NCBI RefSeq assembly: GCF_009914755.1
Contig: NC_060926.1
Length of the DNA: 64,000 nucleotides
Direction: 5' to 3' (one strand)
Source: the human T2T-CHM13v2.0 reference genome, Homo sapiens
This document shows positions 17,936 to 33,784 of the stretch, piece by piece; position 1 is the stretch's first letter, and each line of letters opens with the position of its first letter. The translations under genes and the position numbers were made by a program. A model generated the notes under the pieces. It was not told the origin of the DNA. It did not search any database and was given only the letters and a program-made list of their open reading frames with translations.

Positions 17936-18113
17936 ATGAATCACCTTTTACTTAATTAAGTCTGTTTCTTCTAAATAGTCCAGATGCATACATTCACTAT
18001 TCACCTACACGTCTAATAAAGGCAACCTTTGGAAAGGGTATAATCTGATCTGGTGATAATAATAATAGATGAGGAATTGAGGCAACTTTAACTATTTTAG
18101 ATTAGAAAGTAAA

Positions 18114-18643
18114 GACCCAGCCATCCCATTACTGGGTATATACCCAAAGGATTATAAAACATGCTGCTATAAAGACACATGCACACGTATGTTTATTGTG
18201 GCACTATTCACAATAGCAAAGACTTGGAACCAACCCAAATGCCCAACAATGATAGACTGGATTAAGAAAATGTGCCACATATACACAATGGAATACTATG
18301 CAGCCATAAAAAATGATGAGTTCATGTCCTTTGTAGGGACATGGATGAAGCTGGAAACCAACATTCTCAGCAAACTATCACAAGGACAAAAAAACAAACA
18401 CTGCATGTTCTCACTCATAGGTGGGAATTGAACAATGAGAACACATGGACACAGGAAGGGGAACACCACACATCAGGGCCTGTTGTGGGGTGGGGGGAGG
18501 GGAGAGGGATAGCATTAGGAGATATACCTAATGTTAAATGACAAGTTAATGGGTGCAGCACACCAACATAGCACATGTATACATATGTAACAAACCTGCA
18601 CGTTGTGCACATGTATCCTAAAACTTAAAGTATAATTAAAAAA
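18114..18643 (+). mobile_element. 5'-truncated L1PA (PA3-5-like) 3' end
   Basis: ORF2 C-terminus (MFIVALFTIAKTWNQPKCP...GGN), G-rich 3'UTR and short A tail. TSD AGAAAGTAAA at 18104-18113 and 18644-18653. Confidence 0.97.
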
Positions 18644-19099
18644 AGAAAGTAAAAATACCTATTCAAAAATGAAGTGTCTCTGCTTCAAAACACTTTTATA
18701 ATCTTTCCTTAGAGTCTTTAAGCCTCCTTTCAGCCATACAATTGTCTTTAGAATTGTTCACAGAAATTTGGGATTTTCTTTGAAATGCCCTTAATGATGG
18801 CATGTATCTCTTTCTGACATTGGCGGTGTTATTATTGCCATTTTTTAATTATGAAAAGGTAGTTAGAACCAAATATATTGATAAGTGCAGATCACATTTG
18901 GAAATGCATAATGCATATTGAAAACAAGGCAAGACCTAAAACATAAGCTTTATAAAATGTTTTTGGAAATGGTAGCTGACTCACACTGTGGGTGGTGTCA
19001 CATGTGATTACTTCAAAGGGGCATAGCCTGTGTAAATACAGAACAATGACATTCTTTCATTTATTCGTGCATTCACTTGGCAAGAATTCCATTAAAACC

Positions 19100-19146
19100 T
19101 GTATTAAACAGGATTCTCCAGAAAAACAGAACAAATTGTGTGTGTT
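19100..19146 (-). mobile_element. MLT2 (ERVL) LTR terminal fragment, truncated
   Basis: tgtattaaacaggattctccagaaaaacagaacaaattgtgtgtgt resembles TGTATTAGTCAGGGTTCTCCAGAGAAACAGAACCAATAGG..TGTGT. Confidence 0.7.
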
Positions 19147-19797
19147 GAGGTATGTTCCTTTGATGCCTAGTTTGTTCAGTTTTTGTGATGAAGGGATGTT
19201 GAATTTTATTAAATGCTTTTTTTGCATCTATTGAGATGATTTTATGTTTTTTGTCCATCTTTGATGTGATGTATCACATTTATTGATTTGTATACATTGA
19301 GACATCTAACCATCTTTGCATCCCTAGTATAAATCCCACTTGATCATGATGTATTATTTTTTCATGTGCTGTTAGATTCACTTTGCTAGCATTTTATTGA
19401 GGATGTTTGCATCTATGTTCATCAAGGACATTGGCCTGTAGTTTTCTTTTTTCATTCAGTCGGTATCTAGTTTTGGTATCAAGATAAGGCTGGTCTCACA
19501 GAATGAACTAGGAGGAAATATCTCCTCCTTCATAGTTTGAGGAGAATTGGCATCAGTTCTCTTTGTAAGTTTGGTCAAATTTGGCAGTGATGCCATTTAG
19601 TCCTGAGCTTTTTGTGGTGGGAGACTTTTTATTACTAATACAGTCTCATTACTAATTATTGGTCTGTGTAGGTTTTCTGTTTTTTCCTGATTCAACATTG
19701 GAAGGCTAGATGTGACAATTTATCCATTTTCTCTAGGTTTTCCAGTTTGTTAGTGTATAATTGTTCATAATAGTCTCTGATGATCTTTTGTATTTTT
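19143..19797 (-). mobile_element. L1MA ORF2, piece 3
   Basis: Begins tgttgaggtatgttcctttgatgcctag, the direct continuation of piece 2. Encodes ISIDAKKAFNKIQHPF. Confidence 0.88.
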
Positions 19798-20292
19798 CAA
19801 ATTTTCTTGTGTCATAAGACCTCTTTCATGTTGTATGCCCTTGATTGACTTTCCTAACATGCTTAGTCAATATTAATATCTTCCTTTGTTGAACATAACC
19901 AACACTTACTGGATGAAACACCATTTAGGAAATTGTTTATATTCAGTGTAAAATCTTACTGCATACTGCATACAATTTTATGACATAAGCTCCTTGAGGT
20001 AAGGGACTGTACTGGTTGTTTTGTGGACCTATCAGCTTTGAGTAATGTGATTTGCATGTGAGGCAAGTGCCTATACCAGGCACTGAAAAAATTAACTCAT
20101 GCAACAAACATTTGACCACTCTTATGTTCCAGTTTTATTTGTAACAAACTGAAACCAGTGCTTGAATAGAGGGGATTCTTTCTGATGTCACTATTTTAGG
20201 GGACCTACATTTATCCTATCACTTAGGTGACAAAAATATATTAAGGAAGAGGGACTTAAAAATGTAACCACTTTCTTTTTCCTTCTCTATTT

Positions 20293-21335
20293 TTTTAATA
20301 GAATTTTTATTTTAGGCCAGTTTTAGATTTACAGGAAAATTATGAAGATAGTACAGAGAGTTTCCATATATCCCACACTCATTTTCCCCTATGAAACATT
20401 TTACTTTAGTGTGGTACATTTGTTACAATTAGTGAACCAATATTGATATGTTATTACTAACTGAAATCTATACTTTATTCTGATCTCCTTAGTGTTTAAC
20501 TAATGTTTTTTTCTTGTTCCGGGATTCCACCTAGGATATCACATGATATTCAGTTGTCGTGTCTTCTATGGCTCTTTTAGACCTTGATAGTTTCTCAGAC
20601 TTTCCTTGTTTTTGATGGCCTTGATAGTCTTGAAGAGCATTGGTTAGGTATTTTGTAGAATGTCCATCAGTTGGGATTTATCTAATATTTTTCTCATAAT
20701 TAGAGTGTGGTTATTACATTATTTTTTGGAAGGCCACAGAGGTAACATGCGATTCTTATCACATCTTATCAAGGGTACACACCATCAAAATGACTTACTC
20801 CTGTTTGTATTGACCTTGGCCACTTGGCTGAGGTTATGTTTGACAGATTTCTTCACTGTAAAGCTTTTCTTCTTCTCTCCCTTTCTGTATAATACTATTC
20901 AGAAGACAGTCACTAGGGTAGCTCATACTTAAGGCCAGGAGTTATGCTTCACCTCCTTCAGGGCAGAGTAGTTACATCAATTATTTAGAATTCTTCTGGA
21001 TGGAAGATCTATTTTCCCCCACTTATTAATGTATTAAATTATTTATATCAGTACGTGTTCATGAATATTTATTTTAAACTTTGGACTACTATATTTATTT
21101 TTGTGCTCAAATTATTCCAGCTTTGAGCATTGGGAGCTCTTTGACTGTTATGTCCCTTTGATCTATCCAGATTGTTCTCTGTGTGTGTAGGTGTGAGTGT
21201 GTGTGTGTGTGTGTGTGTGTTGAGCATTTTCTTACTTTCTGACACTATTTTCTTCCTAGTCCTGGGATCAGTTATTTCTTCAAGAAGCCCTGGCTCTTTT
21301 TGTCAGATAGTGGTTATTAGAAACCAAGACCTTGG
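20293..21335 (-). mobile_element. L1MC/L1MD-type 3'UTR, includes (TG)n at ~21198-21219
   Basis: agttttagatttacagg...agtacagagagtttcc...gtggtacatttgttacaattagtgaaccaatattgat. Confidence 0.75.
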
Positions 21336-21424
21336 CAGGTGTCATTCTTCCCTCCTTTTTGTTCCTCTCCTTCAGCAGTGACCAGCATTAGTGTTAGAGT
21401 AAGAAAGCATGTGTAATTATCATT

Positions 21425-21915
21425 CTAGTAGTGCTTGGGTAAAGGAATACATATGCCCATACAAAGACTTGTATGCAAATGTTCACAGCCATTTTATTCA
21501 TAGTAATAAAAAAAATGGCAACAGCACAAATGTCCCTTAACTTGTAAATAAAGTATGAAATATTTATTTCAGAAAATGGAAACGGACTATAGATATATAC
21601 AACAACATATATGCATCTCAAAAGCATTATGCTGAGTTAATTAACTTAGATATAAAAATATAATGTACTAAATAAGTCAATTTATATGATCTTCTAACAA
21701 AAGAGAAAACCACGGGGACAGAAAACTGGTTACGATTTACAGGGGTTGGAAGCAGAAGACTGGCCTCAATGGGAACACAAGGAAAACCTTTTGGTGTATT
21801 GAAAATTTAAATATTAATTGAGTGGTAGCTATACTGGTATTCATTTGTTGAAAGCCATTGAGTTATATATCAAAAGGATGAATTTTAACATTGTATATTA
21901 TACTTCAGAGAAAAG
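21425..21915 (+). mobile_element. L1ME/L1MB-type 3' end
   Basis: catacaaagacttgtatgcaaatgttcacagcc...catctcaaaagcattatgctgag. Confidence 0.7.
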
Positions 21916-21942
21916 AAAAAATATGCAATACATTTTAAGATT

Positions 21943-22530
<588 letters not shown>

Positions 22531-23554
22531 TTCTATTTTTCAAGCAGCCTTTATTGTTAAGCCTGTTGTGAATCATTTGAGAGTTTACTTATAATGAACT
22601 TCCACATAATCTTAGGTCAACATTTGTGATTTCAGAATCATCAGCAGCAAGCAATTTGCCTTTGATATCTCTGTCTAATGAGAAAAGAAGAAATGGGAAC
22701 TGATAGGAAAACGATGTCATGCAGAGTGAGAGGGAATGGCTTGCACAAGTTGAGCATGGCATCTGGTACAAAACAGGTGTTCAAGAAAAAGTGAGTACTA
22801 TGATTAGTGTTGCTATTGTCACAATTAGGTATTTATCAGTACATTATGCAAAACAATGCCAGTCCCTGGAATATGGCAAATGCTCAGACAAAACTTCTGA
22901 GTGCTTTATGAACTTATTATTGAATTTATTAATGTTTAGGAAGAAGAGCATAAAGCAACCTTCTGGTTATCAAAAAATATACAGTAAGAGTGAAATCAGA
23001 ATAAAATTGAAAATTTTATTATCTAAAATCAACTCCTATTTTTTCTGTTAGCTTTTCAACTGCAAGGTTTCAGATAGTTTGTGAAAGTGCTTTTCAGAAA
23101 ACTTTTTTTAGTTGAGGATTTTTAAGTTAGTATATTATTTTAATGGGGAAAAGGAAAAGAATACTAATAAACATTGGCAAGTCCTGAGCGCTCTATTATT
23201 TTAACGTAGGTAATTTACATAAAATAAAGTACCAGAATGTTCCATGTATAGCTTGATGAATTTGCAAAGAGAAATTATTTCATATAGATAACTATAAAAT
23301 GAGTTGTATTAGAGCATCAGGATAAAAATGGAAATGAGAAAACCGTAGCCATGATTATGCCTCAGGGAAAAAAAAAATTCCAGCAAATACTGGATCAGGT
23401 ACTTGAATTAAATTTTTTAATTTTTGAAGTGTCTCAGATGTTAAATGCACTCCTCAATGAGTCCTCACAAATAGAAATAAAAACAGTAGTTGTTTTAGGG
23501 CTTGGAATTAGGAGAAACTCATTCAGATTTGCTGTATATTGCTAACACATGATC

Positions 23555-23945
23555 CTTAGACCGGGTCTGTGAGCGAACTCCAGGCATATGTGAACTCATA
23601 TGTGAACTCAATTGGGAGAAGACATTACACCTTGATTTTCACTATTTCTTTATGAAATATAGTAATTACTACAATTAAAATCGCAAAGTCATAAAATAAC
23701 TGTGACTTTGTCACCATTAGAATTCAGAGATAATTCAATATCACATTTCCTGTAGATACCTCAAAATATTATGTATATGCACCTCCACTTTAAAAACACA
23801 GTTACTTGACCCTCTACTAGATCTTATTTAATACATTAATAATGAGACATATAAGTACCAATCTGTTGTTTAAAATATTTAAATAACATTATTTTAATAT
23901 AATTTTTTTCCTATCCTATGTATTTTATTTTATTCACTTAAATAC
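23555..23945. mobile_element. Old hAT-like DNA transposon remnant (family not assigned)
   Basis: gtgactttgtcaccattagaa...ctactagatcttatttaatacattaataa resembles Charlie-type internal sequence. Confidence 0.4.
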
Positions 23946-24729
23946 ACATGTATGCACACACACACACTGTTAGGAAAGTTTTTTCTGATTTTGGACTCAT
24001 CTCCTTTGAAGTGTTTACACAGGGCTCTCAGCCAGAGCATTTATTCTAAATTGCAAATCCATTGAGTACATTGAGTCAAACAACCAGTTTGTTTCTGTCT
24101 GGAATCAATCTCTTTACTTTATGCCTTGGGCAAAGCACTTCTCTTTCTGTTTAAATTGGATAATGATACCTCCTTGGCCAAGGTTTTTAGAAGAATAAAA
24201 TGAAAGGGCATGAATGATGGGGTAGGGGCAGGGCAGTTCTGGTCCAGGGAGATGCTATGAACCCATCCTTTAATGGAGAGATTTTCTCTTCTATGGGTAT
24301 GTGGACAGTGCCTCTGCCTGACTGGGAGTTAACCCATCAGCAGGCTACAGCAAACAGCACAGGTCTCCCAGTGCTTTCCAGGAATGAGATCCAGATGCAT
24401 GAGTTAGAAGAACATTACGGTCGTTTGTATGTAGTTTGCATAAGATTTGGAATTTGTTCCTAATACCATCTTGGCTACTTTCAAGTAATTTTCAGGTTCA
24501 TTTCTCATTGCTGCACTGAGGGCTATGACATCTTGATTTCTTCCTCTGTCTTCCTTTGCCCTATTACTAGAATTAACATAAGAAACTGGATTGGGCAATT
24601 CAAAGGATGAGAGAAAGCACAGGCCATAGGAAAAATGAAACAGGGTTGTAAAACTTGCTCCATCCTGCCTCCAATAAAACTCTATGGACCATTCACAATA
24701 TTCAGTACTGTGAATGCTAAGACACCAAG

Positions 24730-25416
<687 letters not shown>

Positions 25417-25444
25417 CCAGGCATGTCATTTCTTGATAGTCCTT

Positions 25445-26425
25445 GAATTCACCAAGGATCTTCTCAGGCCTGTGTACTTGGTATTGGCTCTACCTAGAAT
25501 ATTCTTCCTCCAGATATTCATATGGCTTATTGTCTTCAAATTGGAATTGGAAGATTTTACAAATAAAAATATAGAGCATCCTGTTAGATCTGAATTGCAG
25601 ATGAATAATGAATAATTTCATTTGCATTAGTATGTTCCATGCAATATTTAGGACATAAACTAAAACAATATTTATTGTTTACCTAAAATTCAAATTTAGA
25701 TGGTCTCTTGTATTTTAGTTGGCAACCCTATTTCAAGTTATTTACATCTTTATTCAAATGCCACCTACTATGATAGATCACTACTGACTACTCTGAATCT
25801 AAAAGATCCCTTCCTAGTGCTATGTCTACTGTGCCCTGTTTTACTTTTGAATTCATAATTTTTATCATTGCCTGACATAATACTATATATTTCTTCATTT
25901 GGCATAGCAGTCAGGGTCCTAGTAGCACATAGAGGGCATGTTCAAAAGAGGTGAGTTTAATAGGGAGTTATTTACAAGGTATGGGCAGTGTCAAGGGAGA
26001 CTGCAGAATGACAAAGCAAGACAGAGGCACCACCAGAGCAGCAGGGCGTAAGGGGGCCAGGGAGAGCAGTCTCCAGCACCCAGAGACAGCTGTGACTGTA
26101 GGAGAGGACTGTCTGACAGGAGGGGTGAGTCTCATTGGCCAAACCTAGCTGGAAGCCTGGGGGCAAAGGAATCAGTTGAAGCAGTCTGCAGAGTTCAGTA
26201 TCTAGGGGACATAGAAAGGCGAGAGGACGCAGAGAGTCAATGGAGAGTCAAATTGATTTGAGGGGACTGAGGGCAAAGATCCAACACACTTGGCTAATTT
26301 CAGTCTCTCCTGCTAAAAGGTTAACTGCCTGGTGGCATCAATTTCATTCTGCCCACTGCTCCACCTGCAGCCCCTGAGCAGTGCCTGCCATATAGTAGAT
26401 GCTTAGTAAACATTTGGTAAAAGCA
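25445..26425 (+). mobile_element. L2a 3' region interrupted by MER53 and an old MLT1-like LTR (~25900-26290)
   Basis: ctctacctagaatattcttcctccagatattcatatggct, tcaaatgccaccta, and the L2 terminus cagtgcctgccatatagtagatgcttagtaaacatttg. Confidence 0.6.
25542..25730. mobile_element. MER53 palindromic MITE
   Basis: caaataaaaatatagagcatcctgttagatctgaattgcagat...gtatgttccatgcaatatttaggacata...aaattcaaatttagatgg...tggcaacccta. Confidence 0.88.
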
Positions 26426-28372
26426 TGGATTTATTTGCCTTGTGTATCCAGCTAAGCCATGATTGAATTTGGTGAAACAGACCAGGCTAAAAAGAGCTGC
26501 ATCCAGTCTTGTCTTTATTAGAGTGAGGCTGTCACTTAAGGACAAAAACAGGGTTAATTTCTTGGAATATGCCTAGTCCATCCCTCAGAACTTGATCATC
26601 AAAGGATAAGAACACAGACAGCAGGTTCAGTCTAGACAGTTGACACCAGGTCATTTAGAGATATAATGGATATTCATAACAGGATAGAATGGTACTCAGA
26701 AGCCCACAGGAGCAGTCATACTACCAATCCAGGCAGGACCCATGCATCAGGGAGGTGACAGTGAGTAGCACCGCCCAGCCCCTCAGCAATTTCCAGAACT
26801 AAGACTCCAGGAGGGCAGTATGAGGGTGGAATAGATAACACAATGGAGGGTTGACATCCCCAATAAATGGCTAGTCTCTCTCCTGGGACTGCAACTTTTC
26901 CACCCTAGTCAGGGATCTGGATATCAGAGCTCAGCTAAAATGGAAAGATAGTATCTGAGTATCCTGGTAGAAATCAGGGGGTAGGTTTGAACTTGGAGGT
27001 CAGGAGTGGCCCCACAGTGAGGGAGACTTCATGTTGAGCCTCACTGTGGGTCTTTATCTCACCTTGTGCTCTCCCCTAAAAGCTACCTTAGGGTTGAGCC
27101 TCCAGGTGGGATGGCCATCACCTCAGAAATGCAATGCAAAGAAAGGTGGGTGTGTAGCAGTGAATTCTTTATCTTTTTTTCTCACTAAATCCTTATAACT
27201 ACTCTGTGGGGTGTATACTATTATCCTATTTTATAAATGAGGAAACTGAGACTCCAGTTGAAAGCCTTGCACAAGATCTACTGCATGGCTGTCTTTGTAT
27301 TTCTTTCAGAGGAAAACAGAATCTAGGTTTCTAAAGAGAATTTTCTTCAGGTACTTACTTGTACCCATTTCTATTGAAATGAAGCTATTCCTTTTATGAT
27401 GACATAAGGCTGGATAATTTCCTGTATATATCAAATAGTGACAGAGTACAAGTACAAGAAGGATGGCTTAAAAGATTTCTCGTCACTGATTACAGGTGAT
27501 TTATGGGAGAGAATGTTTCAACTATATTGCATTAAGGAGATAATGACATTCAAAAATAGTCCAAGCAATGAAGAAGGCTTGCGGGTTCAGATGGGTAAGG
27601 GGTCACCCTCACACCTGGATCCTAGCATCTATAAATATTGAGTGATGGCTTTTGTAACTAAAGCCTGGGAACCTCTGTATGAGTGATTTTAAATTCAGCT
27701 CAGGAAATCACCTTCCAAATCAATGGATGTGGTTCTTGGGGTCTCCAGATACATTCCACAAAGTTTCCATTTTTCAATTGGCTTTAAAAGAAAATTATGC
27801 TTGTCCTCCCTCAACCCCAATCTGAGCAAATTTACACCTTTACCTTCCTCTCAAAAAGGGAAAATTATTTGAAAGAAATTTTTTTTAAAATAAAATATCT
27901 GCCCAAGGTATTGTTAGCTCAAAGTAGCCGCCCTAATTCTTCAATCCTCTCATGGTTTATAAATTAGAGAAAACACAGCACTAAAAGTGGCCGAGATGGA
28001 AACAGTGATTATTTGTTCTTGTAGAAACCATTCATCTAAATTCTTTAACACTAATCCAGATAGACGGCTTTTAAAAAAGACCTCTAATTACTTTCCCGTT
28101 AATTATTTACATTCACCAAGTGTTTTGTGATTGTTCCTTAGTGAGTAGCCTCCTGAGGTATGTCACGGTATTAACTATTGATTTACAAATCTGGCAAAGG
28201 TGCATTATAGCTGGCTTGCCTACTCTACCCTTGGCTTAGGCCATTCCTCCCCAAGATAGATCTTCATCGCCAGTGACTTATCATTATCAATAGTGCCAAA
28301 AATGGAAGAATAATATAATAACTTATCTTTCTATGGTACCTTCCATCTAAAAATTATTGGTGTTAATCATAG

Positions 28373-28727
<355 letters not shown>

Positions 28728-29548
28728 AAAATTTATATTTCTAAGAGATCATTTAGCATAATGCAACCAAATGCTTTGTCATCACTTGCCAAGGTAAGTC
28801 AACTACAGGTTACCTGTATTCCTAGTTGTTACACTCAAAGCAGACACCACTAATCCACATTGGAATTGTCCCTCTGGTCCCATATCTAATTATAATGCTT
28901 CTTAACACAGTGCTCCAAGCAATTTCCTCCAATTGACTGTTTTTTATCTCCAGGGCCAATTCATATTTATCATCTACTATCCACAATTAAAATACCTTAG
29001 TGAGAGTAAGCCTATTACCTCTCAGGACAGCTCATTCCATAATTAACTCTGACTGTGAGAAGAGTTATTTTTAAATACTCAGTAATAGAGCCTATTCAGT
29101 TCCAAAATTTCTCCCTCTTACTTATCCTTTTATGTACGTTTTTCTTATCTACTCTGTATGTTTTAGCTCTTTTTTATCTTGTACCCTGATGGTGTCGATT
29201 CCAATCATGCTGGAAACAAAATATAATACAGCTGCTCATGTTTTATATGTTCTGTTTTATTTGCAAATCATTCAAGTTTTAAAAATAAGCAATTTCTGTT
29301 GTAGGTTTGGTGGCAGCATTGAGGAACATCCAAGCAGGAAAACAAAGACTCTCAAAACTGTTCTTAGAACTATTGGCAGGAGATCACCATAAGAGTCCCA
29401 AAAGATGAAGAATTAGAAAATAATTCAGAGTTGAAATTGGAGTTGCATTTTGAAAGGCCAGGAAGGATTTTTCTAGACGGAATAAGGGAAGCACAGTTCA
29501 AGGAGAGAGATGGGACGAGGATGTTGTGGCTGGCTGTAAAAGATCTTC

Positions 29549-29722
29549 TAGTTCAGTTCTCCAACTTAAGCTGGAGGAGTCATGAAGCCACAGGTTGCGA
29601 GGCTCCATTCCAGTGTCTGATTCCATAAATTTTAGGTGAAACTTCAGAACTTATGTTTCTAACAAGTTTCCACGCAACACTGATGCTATTGGTCCAGGGA
29701 CCACACTTTGCGAATCACTGTT
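29549..29722. mobile_element. MER5A
   Basis: tttctaacaagtttcc...ctgatgctattggtccagggaccacactttgcgaatcactg. Confidence 0.75.
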
Positions 29723-32700
29723 CTAGCCTTAGCACACTCCTGCGTCCCTGCCTGCAATTCCAATAGGCTACGCCTTCTTGTCTGCCTGGCTTGCTTTCTT
29801 AGCAGTGAGCATGGAGTGGGCTCAGGATGAACATATGGTTCTCATTAAACCTTGAATCTTTGTCAGCCCCACAAGGTTATCTATGTCAGCCTGGCAAATG
29901 TGCACTTACAGTGGGCCCAATTGACAATTGTCAGGAGTAAGGCTGCAGGGGTGGAGGGAGAAAGTGGAGCTAGTATAAGAGGTGGTGAGGAGATTGCAGA
30001 GGGCAGCATGGGGGCAGGGTGGAAGGAGCTTCCTTTCCAAAGCTCCGTGGTGGGGTCTAGAGCCATTCTCAGCAGTCACTGAGATTGGGGGCACTGAGTT
30101 TGCAAGAACACATAGTACAGTGGCCTCATAAAAGTTATCATCACCATTGCTGGGTAAAGTGATTGCTGCAACTTCTTTTCTCCTTCCCTTGAAGAACTGC
30201 ACTTTTTATTTATGTAACTGATCACCTTAACAGCCATTCAACCCAAAATTCTTTTATGTTTCTTTCTATATATCCCAAGCCATCCTCCTGGTTTCAATTC
30301 TCATTGTACCTATCCTTTAATGAGATTCCAGATTAATTAATCCTAATATTTTAACTCTATAAATGATCCCTGTTTTGTCAACACTAATGCAATGAAAAAT
30401 ATTTTTCTTTGTATTGAGACCATTCTGTGTAATTAGCTTGGCCTCATGAGTCAGTCTATTTGCAAATTTGCAAATCCGCAGGATTGACTTCACTCTTTAC
30501 AAGCTTCCTATCATGCATACAGCTCTAGAATTTCATTTCGCTCAAGCAGTTCTTTCCTTTCTCCTAATCTTGTCCTCAATTCAAAGATCACAGAACACTG
30601 ATAAAGAAGATGATGCCAGATCTGTCAAAGAGAGGGAGATTAAAGAGAGGAGAGAGCTACAGAGAGATGTGATGTGGGAAAGAGGTGGTGGGCTGAAGTA
30701 GCTGCTCACTATGTTGTTACATTTGCTTTGGGGACACTTGTTATGGACACACTTGGCAAATTCCTAATGGGCAACCTTTGCAATCCCTTATTCTTGCTGT
30801 GTTTTTCCTAGAAGGAAAATTTGGGGGACATGTCAATTCATTTTACCAGGGAACTTGAGAAGCCCCATGCTCTTTCATTGACGGTTTGGACGCTGAGGCT
30901 GTCTTGTGCATCCAGGTGGCATTTGTCCTCTTAGTACAGCTTGATGGGCTTTCCTTTGAGGACCTCAATGTCACTTCCTTATCACCTCCAAGGCTTTTTC
31001 TATCCAGAGTTCACATGAGCACGTACTGTTAAAAATCTACTCCTCTTCTTTGATGGTGCCCACATACCCAAGCAGAAGGATCATGTATCTATCAGCCAAG
31101 AGGGCAGACCACCACAAGGGAGTTGGAGAGAAGAGGAAACATTCTTGAAATGTTGCAGAAACATTATCTACAACCAATTTTTTAAAATAAACAATTGATT
31201 TCATTTGTGGCTCAACAGATCATATTTGTTTCTATTCCCATGCCCTCATAGTTATTTCTGTACTTCTCAATAATTACCCCAATCTAAACTAGTTTTATCA
31301 CATGACAACTTTTACAACCTATGAGATTGTATAGGTACTTATTGATTCCACCAGATTTTCTTCCCTTTCCCAAGTATTAAAATGATGTTAGGTACATGTT
31401 TTTATTTAAAGTTAAGGTGGGTTTTCATTGGTTTTGCTCTAAGCATTTAAACCATCCCTTAAATGAGTTGGGGACACTCTGAGGGTATTTCAAAGCCCCA
31501 ATCAAGACATGCTAATCAGAGTGGCTCAGTTTCTGAAGCGCGCCCTTTTATTCCCTTTGCCTGGCTAATTACAAATGGATCCTAAGTACACTGTGGGTCA
31601 AAAAAATTAGAAAAGGCCAAAGACACAAGTGAACTCTGACAAGAAGGCTCTATGTTTTCACTTCTCTTAGTCACTGGGCCTTTGTGGTTGGGAACAGCTG
31701 TTGCAGAGAAGAAAACAGGACATCTTGAGCCTCAGGGGAAACACCAACTGGAATATGTTAATCTTTTTTGCCTAAAATCCAAGCAGCTTATCTTTTCTGA
31801 AGGTTCTCCTGGCTAATGAAAAGTATGCTTAATATTGCAAATTTTGCTTTGCAAGGCCTTTTGTCTAGTGTCATTTTCTATTTGTGAATTTTCCTTTTGT
31901 TCCCTTCACCAACCCTCCTACCAAGCGAACCCAGCACATGTTTGGCTTCCAGTCAGTTCTTCTTTGAGTCTAAAAGTCTTGGCATTTCTGTCTTAGTTTT
32001 GGCCATAGGAAAGAGCATTTTTCAATAATGCTGCTGAAATGCTGCTTTCTCTACTCCAGAGCTTTATCTGGCAAAAGGATTTACTGGGACTAGACCCAAA
32101 GAAAACAGAAAAAGAAAAAGGGAAAATGGCTCTGGAAGGCAAGATGCCAGCTTATTCGCTCTTGAGATTTTGCAACTTCCCACTACTCTTTCCATAACCT
32201 CAGTCCTTTACCCTAGGGTGTCTTTGCATTTCTTATGAGTAGAGCTGGTCCCCCCAGCACTAGGCCATGGAAACTCCCTTTAACTGTGCTTTCCTTACAT
32301 GCCAAACATTTGGAACTGAGGCAACCCTCATGACAGGCAGAAGCAGTCAACTTAGTGCTGAGTCCAGCAAGATGATCAGCTTTGACCAAGACCCCTACAG
32401 AAATTGGACATCCCAGGGTTATGTATAGCATTATATGAGGCTACGTTTCCACCTTATTTGTCTCTAGTGTACTTCAAACATTCTTTGTTTTGTGTCCTGT
32501 CTCATGAATCATTCCCTCTTCCTTTATGCCAATTTTTACTCCATGTATGTGAGCTGCTCTCTCAGACCTGCTTCTGCTTTCCAGTGTTTTTGATTGCTTG
32601 TCATGGGCAGTGTTGAAAAGAGAGCAGGTGGTGGAGGTGAAGTGTTGTAGTGGAAGTGGAAGCTTCTTGCAATTTTTCTGAGAAAGCCTAGGCTTTCTAT

Positions 32701-33784
32701 TGCATGTGGATGAGCTGAGAACTCTCTACCACCTTTTTCTTCCTTTTTGTCTTTGGGCTCCAGCGAATAACCCACTGCAATCTCCACTTCTGCACCTGAG
32801 CTATTACTTCTAGCTGGTTGTTCCCTGCTCCCCACACACCACTATCAACTGTCATACAGGCTGAAGTATGCAAAGGACCATTTGAGGTTTCCTAAAGTAT
32901 TTAGTTAACAGTTCATTAGCAAAAGAGAAAGGAGGTAACAACAACATGTGTGCTGAAATTTCAACTGGTATCATCTCATAATCAAATTAGTCTTAATGGA
33001 TGTAGCCAGCTGGGCCTTGATTTCATTTTCAGAGAAGTACTTTAATATTTTCCTCCACAATTTCTAGATAAATAGATTTTTACCACAATAGATGGATAAC
33101 ACGCATTGTTCTTCCCCATTCCAAAATGTTATATTTTAATACTTACTTGAAAACTATTTCTATAAATAGCTCAATATATTTCTAATCATTTACATAGTAA
33201 TTGTATTCTCAGAAATCTTGCTTGTTGGCCAGACAAGGAACAAAAAGCCTGTGAATATTACTATGAATATTCCTCAAAGTATAGATTTGTCTATACTCCT
33301 TATTAATATCTGATGAGTTTGAAGTTGTATATTTCCTCTCTAAGCCAGTTGTTTAAAAGAATTATACATGTTTAAAAAAATCCAAGTGATTGGAATTTGA
33401 AAGTTTAAGCATTTGTTATAAATTTCCAGTTTTCTCACATTTTAATTAAATAATAAAGCCTATAACTTTATGTCTTGAGCAACTTATTGGAATTATCTTT
33501 CTAGTCTGGTACATGAATTACATGTGTAAATATCCTATAAATTGTTGAAATGGATGTTTATTCATGATTCTAGGACACAAATGTGAAAATATTTCCACTA
33601 AATATTTGATATTAATGGTAGAATTGACTCTTCTATGTCCTTGTTTATCGTCTTCTTGAGATATTAGGTTAAGAGTAATATTATACAGATTCTCACTTCT
33701 AATACGTCAGTCAATAAATCATTGCATTTGCAGCTTATATTTATTTAAATCTGACATTTTCTAATTATTGCCTCAATTTTTTTA

